Of a DNA stretch of 64,000 nt, positions 11,756-21,100 are shown piece after piece. Under the pieces are notes generated by a model that worked only from the letters and a program-made list of their open reading frames with translations, did no database searches and was not told where the DNA came from. The stretch comes from Leptospirales bacterium (lineage in GTDB: Bacteria > Spirochaetota > Leptospiria > Turneriellales > JAOUFE01). A program made the translations under genes and the position numbers. Position 1 is the first letter of the stretch. Each line of letters opens with the position of its first letter. The DNA is taken from NCBI GenBank assembly GCA_040326155.1, contig JBEQLE010000001.1, positions 76,959-140,958 of the forward strand, read 5' to 3'.

Positions 11756-12778
11756 TTATGTTCCTTTCAGAAAAATCTCTAATTCCTTTGCATGGCCATA
11801 TTTCTGAAGCTTAAGGAGGGTCTTTTTCTCAATCTGGCGAACTCGTTCTTTAGATAAACTGAATTCTTTTCCGGCCTGGGTCAACGAAAGTCTTGGTTTA
11901 TTATTCAATCCAAAACGAAACTCAATAATTGCTTTCTCTGACTTGGTAAGTTCTTCGAGTATGGAGTTAATGGCCTCATGCAGGGCAATATTCATCACCT
12001 GTGTTTCAGGCGATTCGTATTTATCGTCTTCGATCGTTGACATCTGCGTATTTTCAGAGTCGGTTCCAAGAGGCGCATCTAACGATACATAGTCAGCAGA
12101 GACTAGTTTCAACCACTTTATTTCGTCTTCAGGAATATCAATACGATCTGCAATCTGAGCAATAGTAGGTTCAACACCCAACTCATGTTCGAGCTCTTTT
12201 TGAACCTTCTCAATTCGATTTAAATCGATGGTTCGATTCATGGGTAGACGTATAATGGACGCTTTTTGATTTATAGCGAGTATAATGGCCTGGCGAATCC
12301 ACCAGACTGCGTAACTGATAAAATGAAATCCCATATTAGGGTCAAACCTTTCAGATGCTTTTATTAAACCCATATTTCCTTCGTTAATTAAATCAAGAAG
12401 AGAAATACCATATTTCTGGTACTTTTTTGCCACTTGCACCACAAAACGCAAGTTTGCAACAATCAAGCGCTCTTTGGCTTTTTCATTACCCGCAATCGCT
12501 TGTCTGGCATAAGTATCTTCTTCTTCGCGACTCAATAAGGGTATTTTATTAATTTCTTCAAGATACCATTGAATACTGGATTCAGTATAAGGGTGTTTAT
12601 TTTTTACTGCTTTTTTCCTGGTTTTAGTCGTTTTTTTAGGCTTTCCAGTATCTTCTTTTTCCTTTATATCTTCTTCAGATACTTCAGACAACCCTTCTAC
12701 CTTCGAAACAACATCTTTCTTTTTGACTTTTTTAGAGCCGGTTGTCTCTTTAGTAACATTTTTGCTGCTTTTTTTCAT
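11756..12778 (-). CDS. RNA polymerase sigma-70 factor, RpoD/RpoS-like (no region 1.1; Lys-rich N-terminus)
   Basis: YLEEI..IPLL, ANLRFV, DLINEGNMGL, FISYAVWWIRQ, SLD, ERVRQIE. Confidence 0.93.
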   Translation of the reverse strand: MKKSSKNVTKETTGSKKVKKKDVVSKVEGLSEVSEEDIKEKEDTGKPKKTTKTRKKAVKNKHPYTESSIQWYLEEINKIPLLSREEEDTYARQAIAGNEKAKERLIVANLRFVVQVAKKYQKYGISLLDLINEGNMGLIKASERFDPNMGFHFISYAVWWIRQAIILAINQKASIIRLPMNRTIDLNRIEKVQKELEHELGVEPTIAQIADRIDIPEDEIKWLKLVSADYVSLDAPLGTDSENTQMSTIEDDKYESPETQVMNIALHEAINSILEELTKSEKAIIEFRFGLNNKPRLSLTQAGKEFSLSKERVRQIEKKTLLKLQKYGHAKELEIFLKGT

Positions 12779-12991
12779 TATATTATACCGGAAACTTGAC
12801 TATACACAATCCAGAACACCAGTTTCGCCTATGGGCGTATGATGTAAAGGTATTCTATCGTATCTGTATTCTATTCTCAATTAGACGAAAATAACGCATA
12901 ATAACCGTGAATATAAGATAATAAATGGAACACCGGTTTTCCGTTCCTGCTTTACACCCTGTCTATTTGGCGTAATAAAGTTTCAATAGTA

Positions 12992-14080
12992 ATGCACATG
13001 GAAATTATAAATAACAAACCGATCTATGGTATAGGAATTGAATCAAGTTGCGACGAAACAGGTATTGCAATTAGCCAAAACGGGAATAAAATTCTTGCCA
13101 ACCCGGTATACACGCAGATTGACTTTCATGCCCAATACGGGGGTGTCGTTCCTGAATCGGCCAGCCGTCTGCACCTTGAAAAAATTGCGCCGATGCTCCA
13201 GGAGAGTTTTTCTACAGCAGGCATTACACCGGACCAACTCTCGTATGTAGCAGTTACCGTTCGTCCGGGTCTGGTTGGTTCCCTGCTTGTGGGGTATTAC
13301 ACAGCCCGCGCGCTTGCCGATTTTTACGAAATTCCGCTTATACCCATCCATCATCTCGAAGCCCATCTATATGCCATTGAAATTGCTGGAATTCCAGTCC
13401 AATACCCCTTTCTGGGTCTGCTTCTTTCAGGCGGTAATTCGGCAATATACAAAGTCGAGGGGCTCTCCAATATAACTACCATGGGAGACACACTTGACGA
13501 CGCCGCAGGCGAAGCTCTCGATAAAGCGGCCGCGCTGCTGAATCTAAGTTATCCGGGAGGGCCGGTCATTGAAAAACTGGCCCGATCGTTTGCGAACAAA
13601 GGTGAAGAAAAATTTGACGTCCTCAGAGAAAAAGGTGGGGTAAGAAACCTGGCTCGTAACCCTTTGCCAAAAATACTGGCAACCCAACCCTCCGACAAAT
13701 ATGAGTTCTCGTTCAGCGGTATTAAAACAGCCCTTTACTATTTGCTGGAAAAAAAAGAGAAAACGTATACACCAGAACACCTTGCCTGGGCTTTTCAAGA
13801 AAGAGTTTTTGAGATCGTACTGCGAAACGTCACAAATGCCCTCACCAATAAAAAATTTCCCCGACTGGTCGCCGCCGGCGGCGTGCTTGCCAACCAGACG
13901 CTAAAAAAACAACTCGCTGAAGCGGCGCAAAAAACCAACACTGAATTTATTTCCCCCCCACCCGAACTTTGCACCGACAACGGAGCTATGATCGCTGCGC
14001 TCGGTTTTCGCTATTTCCAAAATGGTAATTTTGAAAACCTGAGCCAGGAAGTGACTTCGTCTAAAAAGTGGGGTGTTTAA
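12992..14080 (+). CDS. tsaD: tRNA N6-adenosine threonylcarbamoyltransferase
   Basis: GIESSCDET, GGVVPE, HHLEAH, DDAAGEA.DK, FSFSG.K, CTDNGAMIA. Confidence 0.97.
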   Translation: MHMEIINNKPIYGIGIESSCDETGIAISQNGNKILANPVYTQIDFHAQYGGVVPESASRLHLEKIAPMLQESFSTAGITPDQLSYVAVTVRPGLVGSLLVGYYTARALADFYEIPLIPIHHLEAHLYAIEIAGIPVQYPFLGLLLSGGNSAIYKVEGLSNITTMGDTLDDAAGEALDKAAALLNLSYPGGPVIEKLARSFANKGEEKFDVLREKGGVRNLARNPLPKILATQPSDKYEFSFSGIKTALYYLLEKKEKTYTPEHLAWAFQERVFEIVLRNVTNALTNKKFPRLVAAGGVLANQTLKKQLAEAAQKTNTEFISPPPELCTDNGAMIAALGFRYFQNGNFENLSQEVTSSKKWGV

Positions 14081-14091
14081 TTGACTGGACC

Positions 14092-14940
14092 TCATGAACC
14101 CGCCAACGCATCAATGAGTTTGGCGCAACCACCGTTTTTTATATATTCCGTATGCTCATCGATTGTCTTAAAGTTTTTTCCGGTTATTTCAGAACATAGC
14201 ATTTCATAGTCGGTCACGCCCTGAAATGTTTTTAATATACGATCTGCTTCAGGGTTACGAAACCCTGATTTTATTTTGTTTTGTTCTTTCAGTGTTTTTA
14301 GAGAGCGCATCCATATTGCAGCGCTGAGAGCGCCACAGGCATTACCGTTTAAACCAAGGCCTCCGGCAAAACCGGCAACCATAACTATTTCCTCATCGCT
14401 GGCGCCCATTTTTCTGGCAACTTCAGAAGCGCAACTTATACAGGTTTTGGGTAAATTTGACTTTTGCGTAGACAACCCTTTCGTCGCCGCCTCGATGGCT
14501 TCGGGGGCCCACTTCTCTGACAATTTATAACATCCCAGAGCTTTTCCGGTCACTAAATATTTTGCTATACTCAAAGGATTTTTAAAATCGGCTTCGGTTA
14601 TATCGGAGCACTCAACGGTTTTGGTCCTTTTAGAAAAAGATTCAACTATGTGTTGGGTCGCGGTTAAGGCCAACCCGATTGCCGAGTTAAGACTATCGCT
14701 TCTTCGAAAGGCTTCGGCTCCTGCGGCTAAGGTAGCTCCCCATAACATACCGCATTGGTACCCTTGCCTCAATATTCCACCCGCTAAATGGTCTGAAGCG
14801 CTTTCTGCTTGTTCCTGAACATGCCCAAATTCCCGATTTAATATGTGGAAAAATGCGTGAGAGCAAGTTCCTTTTTTCAGAAATATTTTCTTTGCGTCAT
14901 TTTTTATTCTAATTTTATTTGTTTCCATTTTTTCCCTCAT
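14092..14940 (-). CDS. C-GCAxxG-C-C family putative redox protein, two tandem domains
   Basis: TCS/SCA, QCGMLWG/ACGALSA and ECSDIT/LCSEIT each occur twice. Confidence 0.8.
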   Translation of the reverse strand: MREKMETNKIRIKNDAKKIFLKKGTCSHAFFHILNREFGHVQEQAESASDHLAGGILRQGYQCGMLWGATLAAGAEAFRRSDSLNSAIGLALTATQHIVESFSKRTKTVECSDITEADFKNPLSIAKYLVTGKALGCYKLSEKWAPEAIEAATKGLSTQKSNLPKTCISCASEVARKMGASDEEIVMVAGFAGGLGLNGNACGALSAAIWMRSLKTLKEQNKIKSGFRNPEADRILKTFQGVTDYEMLCSEITGKNFKTIDEHTEYIKNGGCAKLIDALAGS

Positions 14941-14958
14941 TCATCAATCATCAATCAT

Positions 14959-15969
14959 TTAATCAGTCACTGTAATTACGACATGGCCTTTTTTCTTTCC
15001 CGCTTCGGCGTACGCGTGAGCTTCGGCAGTTTGCTCCAATGTAAAACATTTGTCAATAACGGTCTTAATCTTTCCCTGTTCCACCAGCTCTTTAATATAC
15101 ACCAGATCTTCTTGCTTATAGCTAGACATCGCACAAATAACTTTCTTACTACCAAAAAACTTTGTTCGTAACATTTGAAATATCGGTTTTGTTTTAAAAC
15201 TTGCCAGCAAATATATTCCATTTTTCTTTAAAGATTTGTTACAAGCCGAAAAGGAGCTCTTGCCCAGCACATCGAGAATGATATCATAGGTCTGCCCGTT
15301 GGAAGTAAAATCTTCTTTCGTGTAATCTACGACATAATCTGCTCCGAGCGATTTTATATAGTCTAACCTTGCAGTGCTGCACACCCCGGTAACTTCAGCT
15401 CCAAAAGATTTAGCCAACTGGAGAGCGTAACTTCCAATACTTCCGGAAGCTCCATTAATTAAAATTTTAGAATTTTCCCATTCTATATTTTTAGAATCGA
15501 GTTTTCTAAGTACATTCAGGGCCGTTAATGCCCCATAGGGGACCGTACATGCCTCTTCAAAAGTCATATTACCCGGCTTTAAAGCCACCAGACCGTCAGC
15601 CTTCATGCATATGTATTCTGCATTGGCGCCAAACTTCGCTTCGGGGTATGCAAAAACGAGATCGCCTTCTTTAAAATTTTTGACATCTTTGCCTACGGCT
15701 TTCACCTGCCCTGCCAATTCACTTCCGAGAATATTTATTTTGGGTTTCCAGACACCAAACACAAGGCGCACCATAGGCAACAAAAATAGAGGCATGTTAA
15801 ATTGACTGGAGGTTATATTTCCAAAATTCCGTGCGAGCATATCGCCATAATTGACAGGCGTAGCATGCACCTTAATTAAAACTTCATTATCTTTCGGAAC
15901 CGGTTGTTCCACCTCTTCAAGCTTTAGAACCTCCGGGCCTCCGTATTCTGTGTATACAATTGCTTTCAT
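14959..15969 (-). CDS. NAD(P)-dependent medium-chain dehydrogenase/reductase (quinone reductase-like)
   Basis: MKAIVY..YGGPEVL, INGASGSIG, LGAD.V.DY, G+VVI. Confidence 0.92.
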   Translation of the reverse strand: MKAIVYTEYGGPEVLKLEEVEQPVPKDNEVLIKVHATPVNYGDMLARNFGNITSSQFNMPLFLLPMVRLVFGVWKPKINILGSELAGQVKAVGKDVKNFKEGDLVFAYPEAKFGANAEYICMKADGLVALKPGNMTFEEACTVPYGALTALNVLRKLDSKNIEWENSKILINGASGSIGSYALQLAKSFGAEVTGVCSTARLDYIKSLGADYVVDYTKEDFTSNGQTYDIILDVLGKSSFSACNKSLKKNGIYLLASFKTKPIFQMLRTKFFGSKKVICAMSSYKQEDLVYIKELVEQGKIKTVIDKCFTLEQTAEAHAYAEAGKKKGHVVITVTD

Positions 15970-16003
15970 TTTATACTCCTTAAGTTACAAAATTTTTAAA
16001 ACT

Positions 16004-16231
16004 TCAATTGACTTTCTCTTCTAAATTATAAGAGAAAACCTCTTCCAACGGTATGCCAAACACATGAGAAATGCGAAAGGCTAAATCAAGAGAGGGCGAA
16101 TATTTTCCTTTTTCGATGGCTACAATTGTTTGCCGTGACACTCCTGCATTTTCCGCCAGTAGTTGCTGGGTCATTTCATCATGGTTAAAACGTAATTTTC
16201 GAATGTTATTACTGACAAGATATTTACTCAT
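16004..16231 (-). CDS. XRE-family HTH transcriptional regulator
   Basis: MTQQLLAE..GVSRQTIVAIEKGKYSPSL. Confidence 0.92.
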   Translation of the reverse strand: MSKYLVSNNIRKLRFNHDEMTQQLLAENAGVSRQTIVAIEKGKYSPSLDLAFRISHVFGIPLEEVFSYNLEEKVN

Positions 16232-16232
16232 C

Positions 16233-16691
16233 TTAGACTCCTCTACGATACAAATAGAGTTTTATAATTTCACCCAGTCCATTGCCAAAAAACATAGAGT
16301 ACATAATGAACAAGAAAACCATAAAAGGCGCAATTCCCAGAGCGAGTGCCCCCATGGAGCCGACAAATCCGACACCAAAGGCTATAAAAGAGACCTGCAT
16401 TCCTTTAAGTTCAATCAGTTTGTCGCGCTCATCCGTAACCGATTGTACTTTTTCTTTGGTTATTATCGCATAAAAAATATTGAATAGAATGGAAACGGCG
16501 ATGGTAACTAAGATACTGGCGCAAATCAATACAAAAATAGATTTTCCCACAAGGGCGGCCGCACCGGCTCCATCGAAACGCCCTTCCTGGTACATATTAA
16601 ACATGTACATTCCATAGAGTCCAAATACTATTATAGAGCTGATTAAATTTGCGATTGTATTTCTTTCTTGATATGACATTCCGTCCTCCAT
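16233..16691 (-). CDS. Membrane protein (DUF2178-like); probable start 16679
   Basis: Four hydrophobic segments, DERD..I motif, typical partner of an XRE gene; GGAGG RBS before MSYQE. Confidence 0.7.
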   Translation of the reverse strand: MEDGMSYQERNTIANLISSIIVFGLYGMYMFNMYQEGRFDGAGAAALVGKSIFVLICASILVTIAVSILFNIFYAIITKEKVQSVTDERDKLIELKGMQVSFIAFGVGFVGSMGALALGIAPFMVFLFIMYSMFFGNGLGEIIKLYLYRRGV

Positions 16692-16693
16692 TT

Positions 16694-16772
16694 GTCTGGT
16701 ATTCTTTACTTTTAGTCTAGTTTGACAGACAGAATGTAATATAAATTATACTATGTGTCAAGTTTTCTTTAC
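16694..16772 (-). promoter_or_regulatory. Sigma-70 promoter (TTGACA-N17-TACATT) with three 16-bp GT..AC operator-like boxes
   Basis: -35 at 16756-16761, -10 at 16733-16738; boxes at 16694-16709, 16736-16751 and 16757-16772. Confidence 0.6.
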
Positions 16773-16977
16773 ATTTGTATTAAAAAACGAAAACATACTT
16801 TCTTTTCAAGCCCCTTCTTGCCTTCCTTATAAAAACTCTTTTCTTACTGATTTTAAGAAATTCAATTTGGAAAATCAGGGGCCTGTATTTCTATAATAAA
16901 AAACTTCATTTACACACAATAGCGTTAAACAATACTTTCCATCGTCGGGAAGTTGCATTTTCTGGCGTTAACTTAAT

Positions 16978-17262
16978 ATGGTTTTTATAATATCAATAAT
17001 AACATCTGCCGTTTTAACTTTGTTCTTTGGTTTAAGAGGCCAGTTCGCAAAAAAAGAGACACAAGTCTATCTGGTAAGAAGTTATATTCTTGGAATAATC
17101 TTAATTCCTATCGTTGGCGGCCTTCAAGGCAGTTTTCATTCAGACGCTTTCAGCATACCCTGGTGGTTTTTTGGGTTAATCAACTTTTTCGCAATAAGTC
17201 TAATGGCTGTTATCGCAATCGTAATTTTGAAAATCTTTAGTTCCGCGCAAAAAGAACAATAG
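16978..17262 (+). CDS. Small hypothetical membrane protein
   Basis: 94-aa ORF with three hydrophobic segments. Confidence 0.55.
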   Translation: MVFIISIITSAVLTLFFGLRGQFAKKETQVYLVRSYILGIILIPIVGGLQGSFHSDAFSIPWWFFGLINFFAISLMAVIAIVILKIFSSAQKEQ

Positions 17263-17532
17263 CCGACACTCTTCCATTCTCGTTTAAATTATTTATCCAC
17301 TAAAAACGTGATTTCTGGCGGCTTATTTCCTGTTTTGCCCGCTCCATATCGTATGGGGTGGCGGAGAATCTTTTTTAGTATACTAAAAAAATTCGCAGAC
17401 AGGGGAAAGAGGAAAGTCGCGCAGAGTAAAGTATTTTTGTTTGCAAAACAAAAATGCGCATCCCCGCTTTCCCCATTTATGCTTGTTGGTTTTCATCATC
17501 GTTTATCGCAAAAAGAGAAAGTAACTGGATCA

Positions 17533-17662
17533 AATTTCAGATCTTTAAAAAAATCAGGCCGACGACGTCCCCGGTAGAATCGGGTTGTTAAGGTATTTTA
17601 TTCCACATGTTCGTACTGCGGAATTCGACCGCGCATCGAACCGTGAAAATAGTCGGGGTACA
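17533..17662. repeat. ~130-bp direct repeat, copy 1 (left border of tail locus)
   Basis: Matches 44669-44799 with 5 substitutions and 1 indel (aligned by eye). Confidence 0.95.
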
Positions 17663-17697
17663 TTTCGAAACTAACTTATATAATTTTTATAAATAAC

Positions 17698-17725
17698 TTG
17701 ACACACTTCATGAGTGTGGTATATT
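17698..17725 (+). promoter_or_regulatory. Sigma-70 promoter of the tail operon with embedded palindromic operator
   Basis: TTGACA (17698-17703), N16, TGn-TATATT (17717-17725); CACACT-N5-AGTGTG at 17702-17718. Confidence 0.65.
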
Positions 17726-17791
17726 CGTTTTAGAAAATATTTACTTATCATATTCTCCCACCTATAAAATTCGCTTTTAAGGAAGGGTTAT

Positions 17792-18823
17792 ATGCCAGAG
17801 ATTATATTACCGGGAACATATGTTTCCGTTCGCGATGAGGGTTTGATAAGCGCCGGTGGTGTGATATCAGGGAATATCGGGGTGGTCGGGACAGCTGCTT
17901 CAGGTACTGTTAACAAAGTAGAAATACTGGGTTCTCTTACGGAAGCCGGAGAAGTTTTTGGGGCCAAAAAAAGTGGTCTCAATTTACTTGATACATTAGA
18001 ATTGATTTATGGAAACGGCGGCCGCACGGTTTATGCGATACGCGCCAACAGTGATACTCCGGAAGATTACAAGGCGGCACTTGCGCCGCTCGAAAAAGAG
18101 ATCGTTAACATCGTTCTTTTGGCGGGTCAAGATTCCTCCCAGGTTGAGATGGTCGCCGCGCTACAGGGGCACATTGCCTCTACTTCACAGATTAAAAGAG
18201 AACGCATTGGTTTGATCGGATGCGCTACCGCAGACGATGTCGAAACTATAGCGGCTCACCCGCTCAACAGTGAACGCGTGATTTTTGCCGGCCCCGGCAT
18301 CAAGATCGGGGGAGTTGATTATTCCGGCGCATATACGGCGGCGGCCCTGGCCGGTCTGCTTTCTTCTTTACCCGTACAGGCAAGCCCGACCAACAAAACG
18401 TTAAACGTACAAGGACTGACTGAAGAATTTACTTCATCAGAATTAGAGAAGCTCGTTATGAGCCGGGTTCTAGCCGTAGAAAAACGTAAGGGCTATCGTG
18501 TAGTCAAAGGGATTACCACTGCAACCAATAGCGCATGGCATCAGATCACAACTCGGCGTATTATCGACTATGCAACTTACGGAGTACGCTCTTGTTGCGA
18601 CCCTTATATTGGAAAACTGAATAACGACCGCGTGCGTAGCGCAATGAAAGCGACCATTGATTCCTTCTTAACGGGGATGGCAGCTGACGAAGCTTTAGTC
18701 AGCTATGAATTGGAAGTTGGCGCCACCAGAGCGCAGGAAATTGCCGGTGAGTGTATCGTCACTATGACACTACGTCCGACATTCAGTATTGATTTCATCA
18801 AAGTAACCATGTACCTCGGGTGA
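17792..18823 (+). CDS. Contractile tail sheath protein (short form)
   Basis: LPGTY.., G.A..G, SPTNK, ITT, I.TRRI.D, YIGK.N, C-terminal L.P.FSIDFI.V; typical of phage sheath domains. Confidence 0.9.
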   Translation: MPEIILPGTYVSVRDEGLISAGGVISGNIGVVGTAASGTVNKVEILGSLTEAGEVFGAKKSGLNLLDTLELIYGNGGRTVYAIRANSDTPEDYKAALAPLEKEIVNIVLLAGQDSSQVEMVAALQGHIASTSQIKRERIGLIGCATADDVETIAAHPLNSERVIFAGPGIKIGGVDYSGAYTAAALAGLLSSLPVQASPTNKTLNVQGLTEEFTSSELEKLVMSRVLAVEKRKGYRVVKGITTATNSAWHQITTRRIIDYATYGVRSCCDPYIGKLNNDRVRSAMKATIDSFLTGMAADEALVSYELEVGATRAQEIAGECIVTMTLRPTFSIDFIKVTMYLG

Positions 18824-18847
18824 TGGAAAAGGGATAAGGAGTAACAT

Positions 18848-19357
18848 ATGCCAAACAATAATGTTTTTCGAGGGTCGGACGCAACACTTGTGCTGGCCGT
18901 GGATGACAGCGCAACGGTAGAGGGAGGCCTTGCCGATGGCTTAATAAGCGAATATGATTTTTCCAATATCGTCGGGCGCTTGCAAGATGTAAGAGTGAAA
19001 GTACTCAATGAGGTGCGTCCTTACCATGAGATTGGAAAAAGATACCCGACTGAATTGAGACCGGGTAATATTGACGTTACGGGTTCGGCTCGCCGCGCTC
19101 ATATTAACGGAGCGATGTTAAAACTGCTTTTAGGGGATGGCGCAAAAAGTCCTCCTCCGGGGGGAGTGATGGCACAACCGGCTTTCAGTATGGTTTTAAA
19201 TTTACAAAACCCCGCGTTACCGGACAACACCAGTAAACTGGTCCTTTTTGGAGTGAAGTTTGAAAGTTGGAACTTTGAACTACCAGAAGATGATTTTGTA
19301 ATGGAGTCGGTTACGTTTCGGGCTATTCGTATTGCAGGTGAAGAAGCCAGCGCATGA
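18848..19357 (+). CDS. Tail tube protein
   Basis: Directly after sheath; 169 aa; VGRLQ.V, YHEIG, ESVTFRA pattern of tube proteins. Confidence 0.8.
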   Translation: MPNNNVFRGSDATLVLAVDDSATVEGGLADGLISEYDFSNIVGRLQDVRVKVLNEVRPYHEIGKRYPTELRPGNIDVTGSARRAHINGAMLKLLLGDGAKSPPPGGVMAQPAFSMVLNLQNPALPDNTSKLVLFGVKFESWNFELPEDDFVMESVTFRAIRIAGEEASA

Positions 19358-19728
19358 GTCAGGTCGATTTAAAATTAACTCCGGAGGAGATGTTGGCCGG
19401 ATCACAATTTAACTATGATCTGACAATTCCTGAGGAGATTTTAAAACCGGCAATGAATTCTGAATCGTCTGCTGACATTTCATCGGGCAAAGACAGTAAA
19501 TTGCACAATACGGTTACGATTGTTCCGCTATCGATTTCCCGATTTCAGTTGATTATGAAGGCGGCAAAAAATGACCCGGCAATGATACCTTTATTAATGA
19601 TTAAAGAATCATTGCGTGAACCATCTCTGAGTCTCAAACAAATAGAACAATTGCATATGGGGCTGGTTCGCTTTTTAATACAAAATATTCGTGAAATCAG
19701 CGGTTTGTTAGAAAAAAAAAATATATAA
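19354..19728 (+). CDS. Tail assembly chaperone (gpG/gpE-like)
   Basis: Lies after tube; ends on an A10 slippery run (19712-19721). Confidence 0.7.
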   Translation: MSQVDLKLTPEEMLAGSQFNYDLTIPEEILKPAMNSESSADISSGKDSKLHNTVTIVPLSISRFQLIMKAAKNDPAMIPLLMIKESLREPSLSLKQIEQLHMGLVRFLIQNIREISGLLEKKNI

Positions 19729-19874
19729 CAGAACTAGACCGCTCGTTCCTTGCGCAATCTTCGTATCGGTTAGCCAAAGAGTTTGGCTGGACCCCCTCTC
19801 AGGTAAGGAAAATGACTTTTTTACAGGTTAAATTATTCTTGCAGATGTTGGATAAAGACAAAGGAGTGGAGTAA
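19713..19874 (+). CDS. -1 frame extension of the tail chaperone (gpT/gpE'-like); not in ORF track
   Basis: KKKYITELDRSFLAQSSYRLAKEFGWTPSQVRKMTFLQVKLFLQMLDKDKGVE*; no own start near 5' end; stops just before next ATG (19876). Confidence 0.75.
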   Translation, partial: KKKYITELDRSFLAQSSYRLAKEFGWTPSQVRKMTFLQVKLFLQMLDKDKGVE

Positions 19875-19875
19875 C

Positions 19876-21060
19876 ATGACTTCTTACGGTAAAACTCTTT
19901 TCCTCGAATTTACCAGATTACAACGCGAGTTAGAAATCCAAAGTGAAGCACCCGAATTTCTAAATATTGGTAGGGAATTTCTTGACCCTTTTCATGACCT
20001 GTCCAACACCGAAACTGTTGTGCGAGAGGCGATTGATCTTTCACATTTTTTAACCTCCGGTTTTTTTCCTCATTCATCCGCTGATTTTCCTTTTATCGAT
20101 ACAGACCTCCGGCATCCTGATGATTTTCACGAAGATTTTGAATATTCGGAAAATTTACCACACCAAGAATCAGAAGCGCAAAAAGGATATGATACAAACC
20201 AAACTCTTAATGAGCAAAACACCAAACAATCGCCTTCACCCGAACAAAATTCAAAAAAGCCGAATACGGAACAAAAAACTGAAAGCGAAATAAATTTTTT
20301 ATCAAATCAAAACCCCGATAGGGAAACCATCGAACCAAATCGGGAACCGCAAACTTCCCAAGAGCCGAATGAGCAAAACACCAAACAACGGTCTTCACAA
20401 GATACAGCTTCAAGCGAGCGCACTTCACCGACAAAATCTACGCAGGTCTATCGATCAAAAAAAACGGCCACAGGAACATTACAAAATGGAAATGTCGATT
20501 CGTTGCGACAGCTCGGTATTGAAATTTCTCAAGATGTCCGCAATGATATAAAAGGAATACAACCAATTAATGACAGTGGAAATTTTACTAACCAAATCCA
20601 GATTTTGGAAAATCAAAATGCCTCCGCTGAAAGATCACCATCCGGAAATAACGTCGGGGAAACGTTGGGCCAACACTCTCAACAACCAACGTCTCAGGAA
20701 AGTTCTCCGCTAAGCAATTATATATCAGAGAAAAACGATTTTCCTGCGCCGCTGGGTTCTTTGCGGGAATTGGCAAAGAATATATCAGAAGGAGCTATCG
20801 TTTCTTCCGATGGAATTCTTTTTGCACAAGAAGAACTCACCAAGCCAAAACCGGAGACAAGTCAAAACGAAAACGAACACTCTATCTCCGGGACCGGGCA
20901 AGTTTCTACGGGAACACCGGAGCAGTTAAAGCATTTCGATTTGGAAAACAGCCGAGAATTTGACGTTAAGGATGGCCAGGGAATCGACAAGGAAGAGATG
21001 CTCGATTTAATTAAAAACGAGTTAGAATTACAATATTTGAGGTTATACGGCGAGGATTGA
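19876..21060 (+). CDS. Low-complexity protein in tape-measure position
   Basis: Follows chaperone; S/Q/N/E-rich disordered core with a 21-nt duplication (20209-20229/20368-20388); helical C-terminus L..EL..QY.RLYG. Confidence 0.5.
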   Translation: MTSYGKTLFLEFTRLQRELEIQSEAPEFLNIGREFLDPFHDLSNTETVVREAIDLSHFLTSGFFPHSSADFPFIDTDLRHPDDFHEDFEYSENLPHQESEAQKGYDTNQTLNEQNTKQSPSPEQNSKKPNTEQKTESEINFLSNQNPDRETIEPNREPQTSQEPNEQNTKQRSSQDTASSERTSPTKSTQVYRSKKTATGTLQNGNVDSLRQLGIEISQDVRNDIKGIQPINDSGNFTNQIQILENQNASAERSPSGNNVGETLGQHSQQPTSQESSPLSNYISEKNDFPAPLGSLRELAKNISEGAIVSSDGILFAQEELTKPKPETSQNENEHSISGTGQVSTGTPEQLKHFDLENSREFDVKDGQGIDKEEMLDLIKNELELQYLRLYGED

Positions 21061-21100
21061 TTTAGGTCCTCTATGTTTAAAAAGGTAAAACAGGTAAGAT

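Noticed and set aside
17308..17577. 89-aa ORF upstream of sheath
   Set aside because: No recognisable motifs; runs into the direct repeat; probably spurious
17533..17662. tRNA or known riboswitch as identity of the direct repeat
   Set aside because: No cloverleaf/T-loop with CCA end or riboswitch consensus recognised; an Rfam search is needed to exclude it fully
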